From an uncultured bacterium (GTDB lineage Bacteria > Patescibacteriota > Patescibacteriia > UBA1558 > GWA2-36-10), in assembly GCA_903876815.1 (NCBI GenBank), contig CAIRBL010000080.1, positions 1-56,428 on the forward strand: a stretch of 56,428 nt of DNA, given 5' to 3'. The notes beneath the pieces were generated by a model that saw only the letters and a list, made by a program, of their open reading frames with translations, ran no database searches and was not told where the DNA came from. Below are positions 27,053 through 36,684 of the stretch, piece by piece. The translations under genes were made by a program, and so were the position numbers. The first letter of the stretch is position 1. The number at the start of each line of letters is the position of its first letter.

Positions 27053-27121
27053 AAATAATCATCACTATCTTGCTTGTCTAAAATTGCCACTTTAACAAAA
27101 AAGACAAGCAAGGACTAATGA

Positions 27122-27397
27122 TTATTTGTAACGACGATTAAGGAAATCATCTAATTTGCCGATTCGTTTCAAATATTCTATTTTTTGCGACATGCCCTTG
27201 CGACGTAAGGCGCTTTCTTTTTGTTCACGTTTAGAACTCTTTGGCGTATGAAAACGTACTTTTTTGGCTTGCAAAATTTTGCCGCTTTGAATAGTTTTTT
27301 TGGTGAATCTACGAATAAGACTTTCAAAAGACTCTCCGTCTTTTTTCTTTACTTCTAACACACTGTCACCTACCTTTCTGATATTTTTAAATAACAT
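27122..27397 (-). CDS. rpsU: 30S ribosomal protein S21
   Basis: VKKKDGESFESLIRRFTKKTIQSGKILQAKKVRFHTPKSSKREQKESALRR matches the S21 pattern. Has an N-terminal extension of about 13 aa. Confidence 0.8.
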   Translation of the reverse strand: MLFKNIRKVGDSVLEVKKKDGESFESLIRRFTKKTIQSGKILQAKKVRFHTPKSSKREQKESALRRKGMSQKIEYLKRIGKLDDFLNRRYK

Positions 27398-27400
27398 TTT

Positions 27401-27426
27401 GGAATAAAGGTTTGGCTCTTTATTCC
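27401..27426 (-). promoter_or_regulatory. 9-bp hairpin abutting the rpsU start codon
   Basis: GGAATAAAG (27401..27409) / CTTTATTCC (27418..27426) with an 8-nt loop, ending 3 nt upstream of the ATG on minus. Confidence 0.35.
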
Positions 27427-27454
27427 TCTATTATAATGACAAATTTTTTACAAA

Positions 27455-27488
27455 AAGTCAATCCCACCAAATTTTCTTTGGTGGGGAT
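27455..27488 (-). terminator. terminator of hisS
   Basis: ATCCCACCAAA / TTTGGTGGGGAT stem (one bulged G). TGACTTTTTG follows on minus. Confidence 0.65.
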
Positions 27489-27519
27489 AAGTTTTGACTA
27501 TAAATTCACTAGATAATGG

Positions 27520-28857
27520 CTATTTATTTCTGATACTGTGTCCGCGTAAAACTTTTTCTACTACATGGATATTCAAACGTTTTTGAATCTCTTTAACAAT
27601 TTTTTTATAATCAACTGTTTCTTGCACACCATTTTCCATGTCTCTAATCAAGATAGTACCATCAACAATTTCTTTTTGACCTAAAATCAAAGCGTATTTA
27701 GCTTTACGTTTGTCAGCTAATTCTAACTGATTTTTCAAACCAGTCTTTGAGATATCCTCAGCGACTGACAAACCAGCCTCTCTAAGCTCTTGCATCAAAC
27801 GTAAGCTTTTTTTTCTTGCCTCTGTGCCTAATTGCGCAATATAAATATCTGGACGAAAGGCAGCTGGCAGCTCAACTTTGTGCTCTCTCATTTTACTAAT
27901 GATTCTTTCAACGCCACAAGCAAAACCAGCAGCTGGAGTATTACGGCCACCTAAATTTTCCACCAAAGCATCATAACGACCGCCGCCACCCAAAGCTTGC
28001 AACTTACCTTCTTCATCTAGCTCAACTAGCTCCCAAGCTGTTTTGGTATAATAATCTAAACCCCTGACAATTTTAGGATTCAAAACATACTTAATATCCA
28101 TCTCATCTAAATATTCTAAAACTGCTGTAAAATCTTTATTACAAACATCACAAAGATAATCAACTGTTTGTGGAGCATTTTGAGCAATTTCTTGGCACTT
28201 CTTCACTTTACAGTCTAATAATCTCAAAGGATTTTTGACCAAACGCTTTTGACAATCTGCGCAGAGATCTTTTTTGTTATCTTTAAAATATTGACTTAAA
28301 ACTTTAATATATTTTGGACGACAAGCGTCATCACCAATGCTATTAATCTGTACTTCTGTATTTAAACCTAATTCTTTTAAAATAAAATAAGACATGCTAA
28401 TCAATTGAGCATCTACCACTGGATCGGTTTCTCCTAACACTTCAAAACCGAATTGCCAAAATTGACGATAACGTCCAGCTTGTGGTTTTTCATGACGAAA
28501 TTGGGGAGCAAAATAAAAAAGCTTTACTGGTTGTGGCAAGCTTAACATGCCATGCTCAATATAAGCTCTGACAACTCCCGCTGTATTTTCTGGTCTCAAA
28601 GATAGTTTATCGCCACCCTGATCAACAAAAGAGTACATTTCTTTGGAAACAGCATCTGTTTCTTCTCCAACTGCACGTTTGAATAAAGCTGTAGCCTCTA
28701 CTATAGGAGTATCAATATACTGAAAACCATAGTCCCTGGCCATCAAAAAAACTCTTTCTTTAATAAAAGACCAAAAATCAGCCTCAAGGGGCAAAATATC
28801 TTTCATTCCTTTGACTAATTGAATGGGTGCTTTCTTAGGTTTTTTAGTACTAGACAT
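27520..28857 (-). CDS. hisS: histidine--tRNA ligase
   Basis: Class II motifs: LSLRPENTAG, FRHEKPQAGRYRQFWQ, GGGGRYD; anticodon-binding C-terminal domain. Confidence 0.95.
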   Translation of the reverse strand: MSSTKKPKKAPIQLVKGMKDILPLEADFWSFIKERVFLMARDYGFQYIDTPIVEATALFKRAVGEETDAVSKEMYSFVDQGGDKLSLRPENTAGVVRAYIEHGMLSLPQPVKLFYFAPQFRHEKPQAGRYRQFWQFGFEVLGETDPVVDAQLISMSYFILKELGLNTEVQINSIGDDACRPKYIKVLSQYFKDNKKDLCADCQKRLVKNPLRLLDCKVKKCQEIAQNAPQTVDYLCDVCNKDFTAVLEYLDEMDIKYVLNPKIVRGLDYYTKTAWELVELDEEGKLQALGGGGRYDALVENLGGRNTPAAGFACGVERIISKMREHKVELPAAFRPDIYIAQLGTEARKKSLRLMQELREAGLSVAEDISKTGLKNQLELADKRKAKYALILGQKEIVDGTILIRDMENGVQETVDYKKIVKEIQKRLNIHVVEKVLRGHSIRNK

Positions 28858-28880
28858 AAAATTATGTTTATAATTTGATT

Positions 28881-29540
28881 TTAATAAGTTGGTAAATTAA
28901 AAGTGGAAATTTTATCTACAGGCCAACCACGAAACCACACCCGACCAATAATATATTCTCTTTTTAAAGCTTTGAAATAACGAGAGTCTTGACTAACTGG
29001 TCTATTGTCACCCAAAACAAAATATTCATCATCAGCCAAAGTCAAAGCAGAAAAACTTTGTTTTGATAAATTTTCAATATAAGGTTCTTTGATAGCCTTA
29101 CCATTTATCAAAACTTCTCCCCCACTAATCTCAATTGTTTCACCTGGCAAACCAATAACTCTCTTAATATAATACTGTTTAGTATTTTTAGGGTTACGAA
29201 ACACAATCACTTCACCTCTTTGTGGCTCTTGAAAACGATAAGAAATTTCATCAATAATCAAATATTCTTTATCATGAAAATTTGGCTCCATGCTTGCCCC
29301 TTCTACATAAAAAGGCTGAATCAAAAACATCCTGACTGGTAAAATAATAGCCAAAGAAATCAAAACAACTTTCACAATATCAAAAACAAAGCGACCAAAC
29401 TTTTTGGCATAAACTAAAATAATATTTTCATTATCTGAGGAAAAATTATCTAAGCTCAAGTCCTCTTTTTCCACCTCTTTAATAGCACCATTATCTTCGA
29501 TGCCTTGCTCTGACTTATTTTCAAAATTTGTATTTACCAT
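28881..29540 (-). CDS. lepB: signal peptidase I
   Basis: GASMEPN (catalytic Ser), YIKRVIGLPGE (Lys) and GDNRPVSQDSR boxes. Confidence 0.9.
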   Translation of the reverse strand: MVNTNFENKSEQGIEDNGAIKEVEKEDLSLDNFSSDNENIILVYAKKFGRFVFDIVKVVLISLAIILPVRMFLIQPFYVEGASMEPNFHDKEYLIIDEISYRFQEPQRGEVIVFRNPKNTKQYYIKRVIGLPGETIEISGGEVLINGKAIKEPYIENLSKQSFSALTLADDEYFVLGDNRPVSQDSRYFKALKREYIIGRVWFRGWPVDKISTFNLPTY

Positions 29541-29573
29541 TATATTTTCAATTAAACAAAATCATTATACACA

Positions 29574-31298
29574 ATGCCCAAAGTTAAGGCAAACCAGCCC
29601 AAAACTGCTAGGTTGACTAAAGGGGGTAAATTCTTGTATAATGCAATTACTTTTCTTAAAATAAAAGGATTTTTCAAGAATTTCATCATGTCACCATCTG
29701 ATTTCACAAAAAGACAAATCAATTTTATAGAAAAAGACCATCAAATTGAGCTAGAACAACAAATAAGACAAACGCCAACGCATAGCCCAGAACACCAAAC
29801 ACAGGCTATTTCTAGGCCTCAAAAAAATGGTCACTATAACCCAAAACGCAGGAAAAGAATTTCCTATTTTTTTATATTTTCTATAATTATCCTGAGTTTT
29901 GTGGCTAATGTTTTGGCGGGTGGCAACAACAGTTTTTTATCTGGTGTCAAAAATAGCTACCTTTTAAGACAAATCTTTAATATTGTAGCCCCTGGAGAAA
30001 AATATCTACAAGGCGAAAAAGAAGATCGTATCAATTTTTTACTCTTAGGCATGGGCGGTCCTGGCCATAGCGGACCTTATCTAACTGACACAATCATCAT
30101 TATCAGTTTTCAGCCATCTACCCAAAAAGCCTCCATGATCTCTTTGCCAAGAGACATGATAGTTCCTATAGCTCCAAATAATTATAAAAAAATTAATAGC
30201 GTTTATAGTATTGCCAAAAATCAAAACGAAGATGGCGCCGAGTTTGTCAAAGAAGTTATCAGCAAAACTTTTGATATGCCTATTCATTATTTTGCCTCAG
30301 TAGATTTTCAAGGCTTTGTAGAAATCATAGATGCGCTAGGTGGCATAGATGTGACCGTAGACAAAAATTTTACTGATTATCAATTTCCTACTCAAGACTA
30401 CAAATATCAAGTCATATCTTTTGAAGAAGGTGAACAAGAGATGGATGGCTTAACCGCCCTACGCTTTGCTCGTTCTCGTCACGGAAATAACGGCGAGGGC
30501 TCAGACTTTGCTCGTAGTGTCAGGCAACAAAAAATCTTAACCGCCTTAAAAGACAAAGTCACCTCCTTTAATACTCTGATTAATCCAAAAAAAATTACCG
30601 ATCTATTTTCTTTGGTCAATCAATATACCCAAACAGATCTTGAGCCATGGGAAGCAGTCAAGCTTGTCCATATGGTCAAGGGTATTGATAAAAAAAATAT
30701 TGTCAGCCAATCAATCGATGACAGGCCCGGTGGATTCTTAAAATCTGGCATTGCTTTAGACGGCGCTTATATTTTACAACCAATCACTGGTAATTTTGAA
30801 CAATTACAAAAATTATTTGCTAATATATTAGAATTTAGCAATTCCGAAGAGGAAAAAGCCAATATTGTTATACAAAACGGCACCACCATACCAGGTCTAG
30901 CCCTACAAGCCCTCAATCACTTAAGCTATATTGGTTATGAAGTCCTAAGATATGGCAATGCCAAAACACAAGACAAAAGTCAAACAATTGTGTATGATTA
31001 TACTGGAAACAAAAAAAATACTAAAGCTAGTTTAGAAAAAATTTTTAATACTAAAGTTGAAACTCAAATTCCAGCTGAATACAATAATGATACTGTAACT
31101 AATACTTGGAATATCAAAGATGAAAATGGACAAAATAAACAACTAGACTTTTTGATTGTTTTGGGAGCTGATCAAATCATAGATGATAAGGCTGAACTGT
31201 TAACCACTATCGATCCTAGCCTGCTTAATGCTTCTACTACCAGCTCAACACCAGAAATAGCTAGCTCAACACCAGAATTAGAGACGGAAAAAAATTAA
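29574..31298 (+). CDS. LytR-CpsA-Psr (LCP) family cell-envelope phosphotransferase with C-terminal LytR_C-like domain
   Basis: INFLLLGMGGPGHSGPYLTDTIIIISF, SLPRDM and RFARSRHG motifs. The alternative start ATG at 29688 lies downstream of the predicted promoter and may be the true start. Confidence 0.8.
   Translation: MPKVKANQPKTARLTKGGKFLYNAITFLKIKGFFKNFIMSPSDFTKRQINFIEKDHQIELEQQIRQTPTHSPEHQTQAISRPQKNGHYNPKRRKRISYFFIFSIIILSFVANVLAGGNNSFLSGVKNSYLLRQIFNIVAPGEKYLQGEKEDRINFLLLGMGGPGHSGPYLTDTIIIISFQPSTQKASMISLPRDMIVPIAPNNYKKINSVYSIAKNQNEDGAEFVKEVISKTFDMPIHYFASVDFQGFVEIIDALGGIDVTVDKNFTDYQFPTQDYKYQVISFEEGEQEMDGLTALRFARSRHGNNGEGSDFARSVRQQKILTALKDKVTSFNTLINPKKITDLFSLVNQYTQTDLEPWEAVKLVHMVKGIDKKNIVSQSIDDRPGGFLKSGIALDGAYILQPITGNFEQLQKLFANILEFSNSEEEKANIVIQNGTTIPGLALQALNHLSYIGYEVLRYGNAKTQDKSQTIVYDYTGNKKNTKASLEKIFNTKVETQIPAEYNNDTVTNTWNIKDENGQNKQLDFLIVLGADQIIDDKAELLTTIDPSLLNASTTSSTPEIASSTPELETEKN
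29613..29642 (+). promoter_or_regulatory. sigma70-type promoter inside the 5' end of the long LCP ORF
   Basis: TTGACT (29613..29618), 18 nt, TATAAT (29637..29642). Confidence 0.5.
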
Positions 31299-31309
31299 AT
31301 AACAAAGAC

Positions 31310-32509
31310 ATGTCAAAACTATATAAAGTAGCTATTGTTGGCCGGGTAAACGTCGGTAAATCTACCTTATTCAACAAATTAATATCCCAGCCCAAAGCTA
31401 TTACTTCCAATGTAGCCGGCACTACTCGCGATCGTAATTATGCCATTTGTTCTTGGCGTGATCTTGATTTTGAGATCATCGATACTGGTGGTTTAAATGA
31501 AGAAAGCAATGATATCGACAAAGCTATCACTCAACAAATATTTCACGCTGCCAAAGAAGCAGACTTGATATTATTTGTAGTGGACGTCAAAGCAGGCATC
31601 ATGGCTGATGATAAAGTTTTGCTAAAAAAATTAAAACCTTACAAAAAAGACATTCTTTTAGTGGTTAATAAAGTAGATAACAACAAGCTACGTTTAGACA
31701 GCCCTGAATTCTACAAATTAAATTTAGGTGAACCAAACTTAATTTCTGCTTCCAATGGCGTGGGTACTGGCGATTTACTAGACCAAATTGTCGTCAAACT
31801 CAAACAAAGCAAAAAACCTAGCAAAAAATCCAGTAAAACAGAGGAAGGAAAAATTATCAAAGTAGCTATTGTTGGTCAACCAAATGTTGGTAAATCTTCT
31901 TTAGTCAATGCTTTATTAGGTGAAGAAAGAGTCATTGTTTCACCCAAGGCACACACCACTCGTGACTCTCAGGACATTACCATTGGTTATTTTAAACAAC
32001 AAATTACTTTTATAGATACCGCTGGCATGCGTCGCAAAAGTACTAAAGCCATCGATCCTTTTGAAAGACAAAGTGTTTCCCAAAGCATGGAAAGCATCAA
32101 GAGAGCAGATATTGCTATTTTAATGCTAGATGCTCAAGAAAAAGTAGAATTTCAAGACAAACGACTAGCCAAAGAACTAGAAGAAGCTGGCGTTGGTGTG
32201 ATTATTTTGATAAATAAATGGGATCTAATACCAGACAAAGACACTGATACTGCTCAAAAATTTATCAATTATTATCGCGCTCAAATACCTTTTATTCCTT
32301 GGGCACCAATCTTTTTTACTTCTGCTAATACCAAAAATAATTTACACAAAATATTTCCAACTATTGTCAAAATTTATCAGGAAAAATTTAAAAGTATCGA
32401 CGATAATGCTTTGAGCAAATTGCTACAAAAAATTATCAAAAAACACAAACCATCCCGTGGCAAAGGTACTCAACATCCTTATATTTATAGCTTAAAGCAA
32501 AAAAAGTAA
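31310..32509 (+). CDS. der: ribosome-assembly GTPase Der/EngA (two G domains), truncated by a frameshift before the KH-like domain
   Basis: GRVNVGKST and GQPNVGKSS P-loops, DTGG and DTAG, NKVD and NKWD. The ORF stops at TAA 32507..32509, right after an A7 run. Confidence 0.9.
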   Translation: MSKLYKVAIVGRVNVGKSTLFNKLISQPKAITSNVAGTTRDRNYAICSWRDLDFEIIDTGGLNEESNDIDKAITQQIFHAAKEADLILFVVDVKAGIMADDKVLLKKLKPYKKDILLVVNKVDNNKLRLDSPEFYKLNLGEPNLISASNGVGTGDLLDQIVVKLKQSKKPSKKSSKTEEGKIIKVAIVGQPNVGKSSLVNALLGEERVIVSPKAHTTRDSQDITIGYFKQQITFIDTAGMRRKSTKAIDPFERQSVSQSMESIKRADIAILMLDAQEKVEFQDKRLAKELEEAGVGVIILINKWDLIPDKDTDTAQKFINYYRAQIPFIPWAPIFFTSANTKNNLHKIFPTIVKIYQEKFKSIDDNALSKLLQKIIKKHKPSRGKGTQHPYIYSLKQKK

Positions 32510-32667
32510 ATCCTCCAACTTTTGCTTTAAAAATAAATTTTAAAGCACCGCTACACTTATCTTACTTAAATTTTATTGAAAATAATTTGCGTTATAAATT
32601 TGGCTTTGAAGGTGTGCCAATCAAAATTTATTTAGAAAAATCACAAAACACCAAAGACACCAAATAA
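32509..32667 (+). pseudogene. der: Der C-terminal segment in a shifted frame
   Basis: Frame starting at 32509 reads NPPTFALKINFKAPLHLSYLNFIENNLRYKFGFEGVPIKIYLEKSQNTKDTK, matching the conserved Der tail (PPTFV.F.N....SY.R.L.N.LR..F.F.G.PI). One extra A in 32499..32505 would restore one ORF. Confidence 0.75.
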
Positions 32668-32686
32668 ATCATTAGCTTAAAAGTAT

Positions 32687-33247
32687 ATGAAACTAATTGT
32701 TGGTTTGGGAAATCCTGGCACAGAGTATGAATTTACTCGCCATAATTTTGGCTATTTAGTGATAGATAATTTTGCCAAACAAAATAATCTCAAATGGAAA
32801 AAGCATAAAGACTTACAAGCGGAAATTGCAGACTTAAAAATTGGTGCGGAAAAAATCATTTTAGCTAAATCTTTGACTTTCATGAATGAATCTGGACTTG
32901 CCGTCTCGCACTTAAAAAAATTTTTTAAACTAAAAAATGAAGACATCATTGTTGTGTATGATGATTTAGCTTTTGATTTTGGTATTTTAAAAATAGCTCA
33001 TGATCGCTCAGCTGGTGGGCATAATGGTCTTGCATCAATTATTCAGTATTTAAAAAGCCAAAAATTTACTAGACTTAGATTAGGTATTGGCCCACAGCTT
33101 GGTGTAGCAGAAAAATTTGTCTTACTCAAATTCAATGCTCAACAAAAAAAACAATTAGCTAAAATATTAGACTCAAGTTGTCAGGCTTTACATGACATCA
33201 TCACTGACGGCTTAGCTAAAGCCACAAATAAGTATAATACAAAATAA
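32687..33247 (+). CDS. pth: peptidyl-tRNA hydrolase
   Basis: LIVGLGNPGTEYEFTRHNFG and DDLAFDFG motifs. Confidence 0.9.
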   Translation: MKLIVGLGNPGTEYEFTRHNFGYLVIDNFAKQNNLKWKKHKDLQAEIADLKIGAEKIILAKSLTFMNESGLAVSHLKKFFKLKNEDIIVVYDDLAFDFGILKIAHDRSAGGHNGLASIIQYLKSQKFTRLRLGIGPQLGVAEKFVLLKFNAQQKKQLAKILDSSCQALHDIITDGLAKATNKYNTK

Positions 33248-33276
33248 AAAAACTCAGCTTATAGCTGAGTTTTTTT
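33246..33276. terminator. bidirectional terminator between convergent pth and pepA
   Basis: AAAAAAACTCAGCT-TAT-AGCTGAGTTTTTTT, with A and T runs on both sides. Confidence 0.8.
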
Positions 33277-33279
33277 ATT

Positions 33280-34764
33280 TTATTTACCTTGTAGCCACTC
33301 TAGCAATGTCCTGACACCGAAACCAACACCGCCAACTGGCGTATAAGAATTCAATTCCTTTTCTGCATAGACAGGACCAGCAATATCTAAGTGAGCCCAA
33401 GTAACATTATTTTCAATAAACTCTTGCAAAAATAAAGCGGCAGTAATCGATCCCCCGCCTCTGCTGCTTGCAATATTCCTAACATCAGCCACATGGCTTT
33501 TATTGAATTCTTTATACTCTGGAGCTAGCGGCATACGCCAAATTTTTTCACCACTGAAATCAGCTGATTTTAATAGCTCTTTAGCTAAATTTTCTTGATT
33601 AGCATACAAAGCCGCGTAAGAACTACCCAAAGCCACAACACAAGCACCCGTCAAAGTAGCTAAATCAATTACAGTATCTACACCTTGCTTTTGCGCATAA
33701 GCTAAAGCATCAGCTAGAGTAACCCGACCTTCAGCGTCCGTGTTCCCAATCTCAATAGTTTTGCCTTGCATATTTTGTACTACATCACCAGGTCGCAAAG
33801 CCTTGCCAGAAGGCATATTTTCACAAGCAGCAATAATGCCATGCACTTCTACCTTGATATTCAAACTGCTCAAAACTTGAAACACACCCAAAACAGTAGC
33901 CGCTCCACCCATGTCAATTTTCATATCTGTCATACCATCGCCAACCTTGATATTCAAACCACCACTATCAAAAGTAATACCTTTGCCTACTAAGGCAATT
34001 TTTGTTTTTGTTTTGCCTTGTGGTTGATACACTAGATGAATAAACTTGAGTGGCTCATCAGAACCTTGATCAACGCCCAAAAAAGCTTTCATACCAAGCT
34101 CATGCACTTGCTCTTTATCTAAAATCTTTGCTTTGATTTTTTTGTCAGCCTTAGCAATAGACAAGGCAATTTCTGCCAATAAACTTGGCGTCATCGTAGC
34201 TGCTGGCTCATTGACCAAGTCTCTAGCTAAAATAGTGGCCTGAGCAAACAAAACTCCTCTGTCCCAAAATAAAGTCCAAGTTTTTTTGACCTTGTTTGCT
34301 AAAAATAAAGTTAAATTTGGTATTTTAGCATCAATATCTTTCTTGCTCTTATATTTATGAAAATTATAAGCACCCAAATAAAAACCTTCTGCAAAAACTT
34401 GAGCATAAGCTTTTTTATCTTCACCAAACTTAATAATTCTACTAAAATCAATGCCAATATTTTGCGCATGATTTTTCTGAGACCAACGAGATACAAAACC
34501 AGCTAATTGTCTAAAATCATCTAGTCCTATTTTTTTCTCACAGCCAGTACCATAAAAAATAATCATAGTCTGCTTCAGCTCAAAACTAAAAATTTCTCCT
34601 TTTTTACCAACAAACTCTTCTCTTTCAAATCTTTGTAAAACCTGCTCGTTAACATGCAAAAATTTCAACAATGACTTGATGCCTTGCGCATTTTGTAAGA
34701 CTGGATAAACCAAAAAATCTAGTGTCTGCAAATGAATCTCTTTGTCGCAAAATTTTAATTCCAT
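33280..34764 (-). CDS. pepA: leucyl aminopeptidase (M17)
   Basis: VGKGITFDSGG, NTDAEGRVTLADAL and LATLTGA motifs. Confidence 0.9.
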   Translation of the reverse strand: MELKFCDKEIHLQTLDFLVYPVLQNAQGIKSLLKFLHVNEQVLQRFEREEFVGKKGEIFSFELKQTMIIFYGTGCEKKIGLDDFRQLAGFVSRWSQKNHAQNIGIDFSRIIKFGEDKKAYAQVFAEGFYLGAYNFHKYKSKKDIDAKIPNLTLFLANKVKKTWTLFWDRGVLFAQATILARDLVNEPAATMTPSLLAEIALSIAKADKKIKAKILDKEQVHELGMKAFLGVDQGSDEPLKFIHLVYQPQGKTKTKIALVGKGITFDSGGLNIKVGDGMTDMKIDMGGAATVLGVFQVLSSLNIKVEVHGIIAACENMPSGKALRPGDVVQNMQGKTIEIGNTDAEGRVTLADALAYAQKQGVDTVIDLATLTGACVVALGSSYAALYANQENLAKELLKSADFSGEKIWRMPLAPEYKEFNKSHVADVRNIASSRGGGSITAALFLQEFIENNVTWAHLDIAGPVYAEKELNSYTPVGGVGFGVRTLLEWLQGK

Positions 34765-34819
34765 ATATTTATTTTATTAGTACAATTAAATTTAGCATAC
34801 TAAAAAACTATATACAAAT

Positions 34820-34843
34820 AAAGCCCCAAAATTTTGGGGCTTT
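34820..34843 (-). terminator. terminator of the rplK-rplA unit
   Basis: Perfect palindrome AAAGCCCCAAAA/TTTTGGGGCTTT, 17 nt after the rplA stop. Confidence 0.75.
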
Positions 34844-34860
34844 ATGATAATATAATAATC

Positions 34861-35544
34861 TTATTTTAAATTGACTTTGATACCAGGCCCCATAGAAGAA
34901 GCTAAGGTCAAAGATTTGATATAAGTGCCCTTAGCAGAGCTTGGTTTATTTTTCTTTAAAGCCTCAAAGAAAGCTTGAAAATTTTCTTCTAACGCAGTAT
35001 TTTCAAAAGAAACTTTACCGATGGTCAAATGGACATTGGCGGTATCATCATTTTTGTAAGAAACCTTACCTTTTTTTAACTCGCCAATCATCTTTTTTAA
35101 ATCATCACCAATAGTACCAGTCTTTGGATTTGGCATCAAGCCTTTTTGACCTAAAATTCTAGCAACAACAGCTAATGACTTCATGAAAATTGGTGTAGTT
35201 ACAGCTACATCAAAATCACATTTACCAGTTTTTTTGATTTCTTCAACTAATTCGTTGTCTCCAGCAATGTCAGCACCAGCGTCTTTTGCTTCTTTTATTT
35301 GGTCAGTTGGCACAAAAGCGGCTACTCTGACAGTTTTGCCTGTACCGTGTGGTAAAATCACAGAATCTCTGACCAATTGATCGCTCTTTTTTGGGTCAAT
35401 GCCCAAATTGACATGAACTTCTACTGAAGCATCAAATTTTACTTTGGATGTTTCTTTGATTAAATTGATAGCCTCAGGCAAAGAATATACTTTGTCAGCT
35501 TCAATTTTAGCTTTTGCTTCCTTTAATCTTTTGCTTGTTTTCAT
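34861..35544 (-). CDS. rplA: 50S ribosomal protein L1
   Basis: KFDASVEVHVNLGIDPKKSDQLVRDSVILPHGTGK. Confidence 0.95.
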   Translation of the reverse strand: MKTSKRLKEAKAKIEADKVYSLPEAINLIKETSKVKFDASVEVHVNLGIDPKKSDQLVRDSVILPHGTGKTVRVAAFVPTDQIKEAKDAGADIAGDNELVEEIKKTGKCDFDVAVTTPIFMKSLAVVARILGQKGLMPNPKTGTIGDDLKKMIGELKKGKVSYKNDDTANVHLTIGKVSFENTALEENFQAFFEALKKNKPSSAKGTYIKSLTLASSMGPGIKVNLK

Positions 35545-35608
35545 ATTAATATAATTTGCGAGGTAATAACGTTTATCTGACTATGGATAAACTCCCTCAA
35601 AAAAATAA

Positions 35609-36034
35609 TTATTCTACAATACTAACGCCCATTTGACGAGCTGTGCCAGCAATAATCTTTTTGGCTTGCTCAATATCAGTGGTGTTCAAATCAGGCATTT
35701 TTGCTTTAGCAATTTCAGTTAATTGACTATCTGTTAATTTGCCTACTTTTACTTGTAAAGGTGTACCTGAGCCCTTCTTTAGACCAGCCTTATCTTTGAT
35801 CATTTCAGCAGCTGGAGCTGTTTTTAAAATAAAATCAAAGCTTCTATCTTCATAAATCTTCAATTCAATTGGCACCACTTCACCCATTCTGTCTTTTGAG
35901 GCATCGTTGAATTTGGTACAAAACTCTTGAATATTAACACCATGTGGTCCTAAAGCTGTACCAACTGGAGGTGCTGGTGTAGCTTTTCCACCGACTATTT
36001 GTAATTTTACAATTTGTTTAATTGCTTTTGCCAT
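35609..36034 (-). CDS. rplK: 50S ribosomal protein L11
   Basis: [34 protein letters not shown] pattern. Confidence 0.95.
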   Translation of the reverse strand: MAKAIKQIVKLQIVGGKATPAPPVGTALGPHGVNIQEFCTKFNDASKDRMGEVVPIELKIYEDRSFDFILKTAPAAEMIKDKAGLKKGSGTPLQVKVGKLTDSQLTEIAKAKMPDLNTTDIEQAKKIIAGTARQMGVSIVE

Positions 36035-36125
36035 ATAATTGTCTTACATTGAATCTCGCTCGTTCTTTACCTTTTTTACAAAGGAGAAGCCAAAGAGTGA
36101 CGTGCGGAAATACTTAATTAATAAA

Positions 36126-36671
36126 TTAAATTTTTTTAATTTGTAAAAAGTCTAGCTCAACTGGAGTTTCACGACCAAACATAGAAACTAGAACCTTGGC
36201 CTTACCACGAGCCTCATCAACAGCGGAAATTTTACCTTCATAATCTTTGAAAGGTCCATCAGTAATTTTTACTAGTTCGCCAATAGCCATGTCCACTTTG
36301 TATTCTGGCTCTTCTTCACCCATTCTATCCATCAAAGACTTTATTTCTTCTTCTGAAACTGGTGATGGTGTGGTACCAGAACCGATAAAACCGGTAACAT
36401 TTGGCGTATTACGCACAACATACCAAGAAGCGTCAGTTACAATCATATTTACCAAAACATAGCCAGGAAAAATCTTTTCTTTGAGCATTTTACGCTTGCC
36501 ATTTTTGATTTTAATTTTAGTTTCAGTGGGAATTAAAACATCAAAAATCTTATCCTCCATATCCATGGATTCAATTCTTTGACGTAGATTTCTACAGACA
36601 TTTTCTTCATAGCCAGAATAAGTATGTAAAACATACCATCTTCTGCCTTGTTGTGATGTTTGCTTAGGCAT
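36126..36671 (-). CDS. nusG: transcription termination/antitermination factor NusG
   Basis: WYVLHTYSGYE NGN domain and the KOW motif GELVKITDGPFKDYEGKI. Confidence 0.95.
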   Translation of the reverse strand: MPKQTSQQGRRWYVLHTYSGYEENVCRNLRQRIESMDMEDKIFDVLIPTETKIKIKNGKRKMLKEKIFPGYVLVNMIVTDASWYVVRNTPNVTGFIGSGTTPSPVSEEEIKSLMDRMGEEEPEYKVDMAIGELVKITDGPFKDYEGKISAVDEARGKAKVLVSMFGRETPVELDFLQIKKI

Positions 36672-36684
36672 AAATTATATTATT

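Noticed and set aside
27398-28880. T-box or other leader upstream of hisS, and likewise upstream of pheS (42581..42589).
   Set aside because: The spacers are only 23 nt and 9 nt, too short for a T-box. Both genes appear translationally or transcriptionally coupled to their upstream genes.
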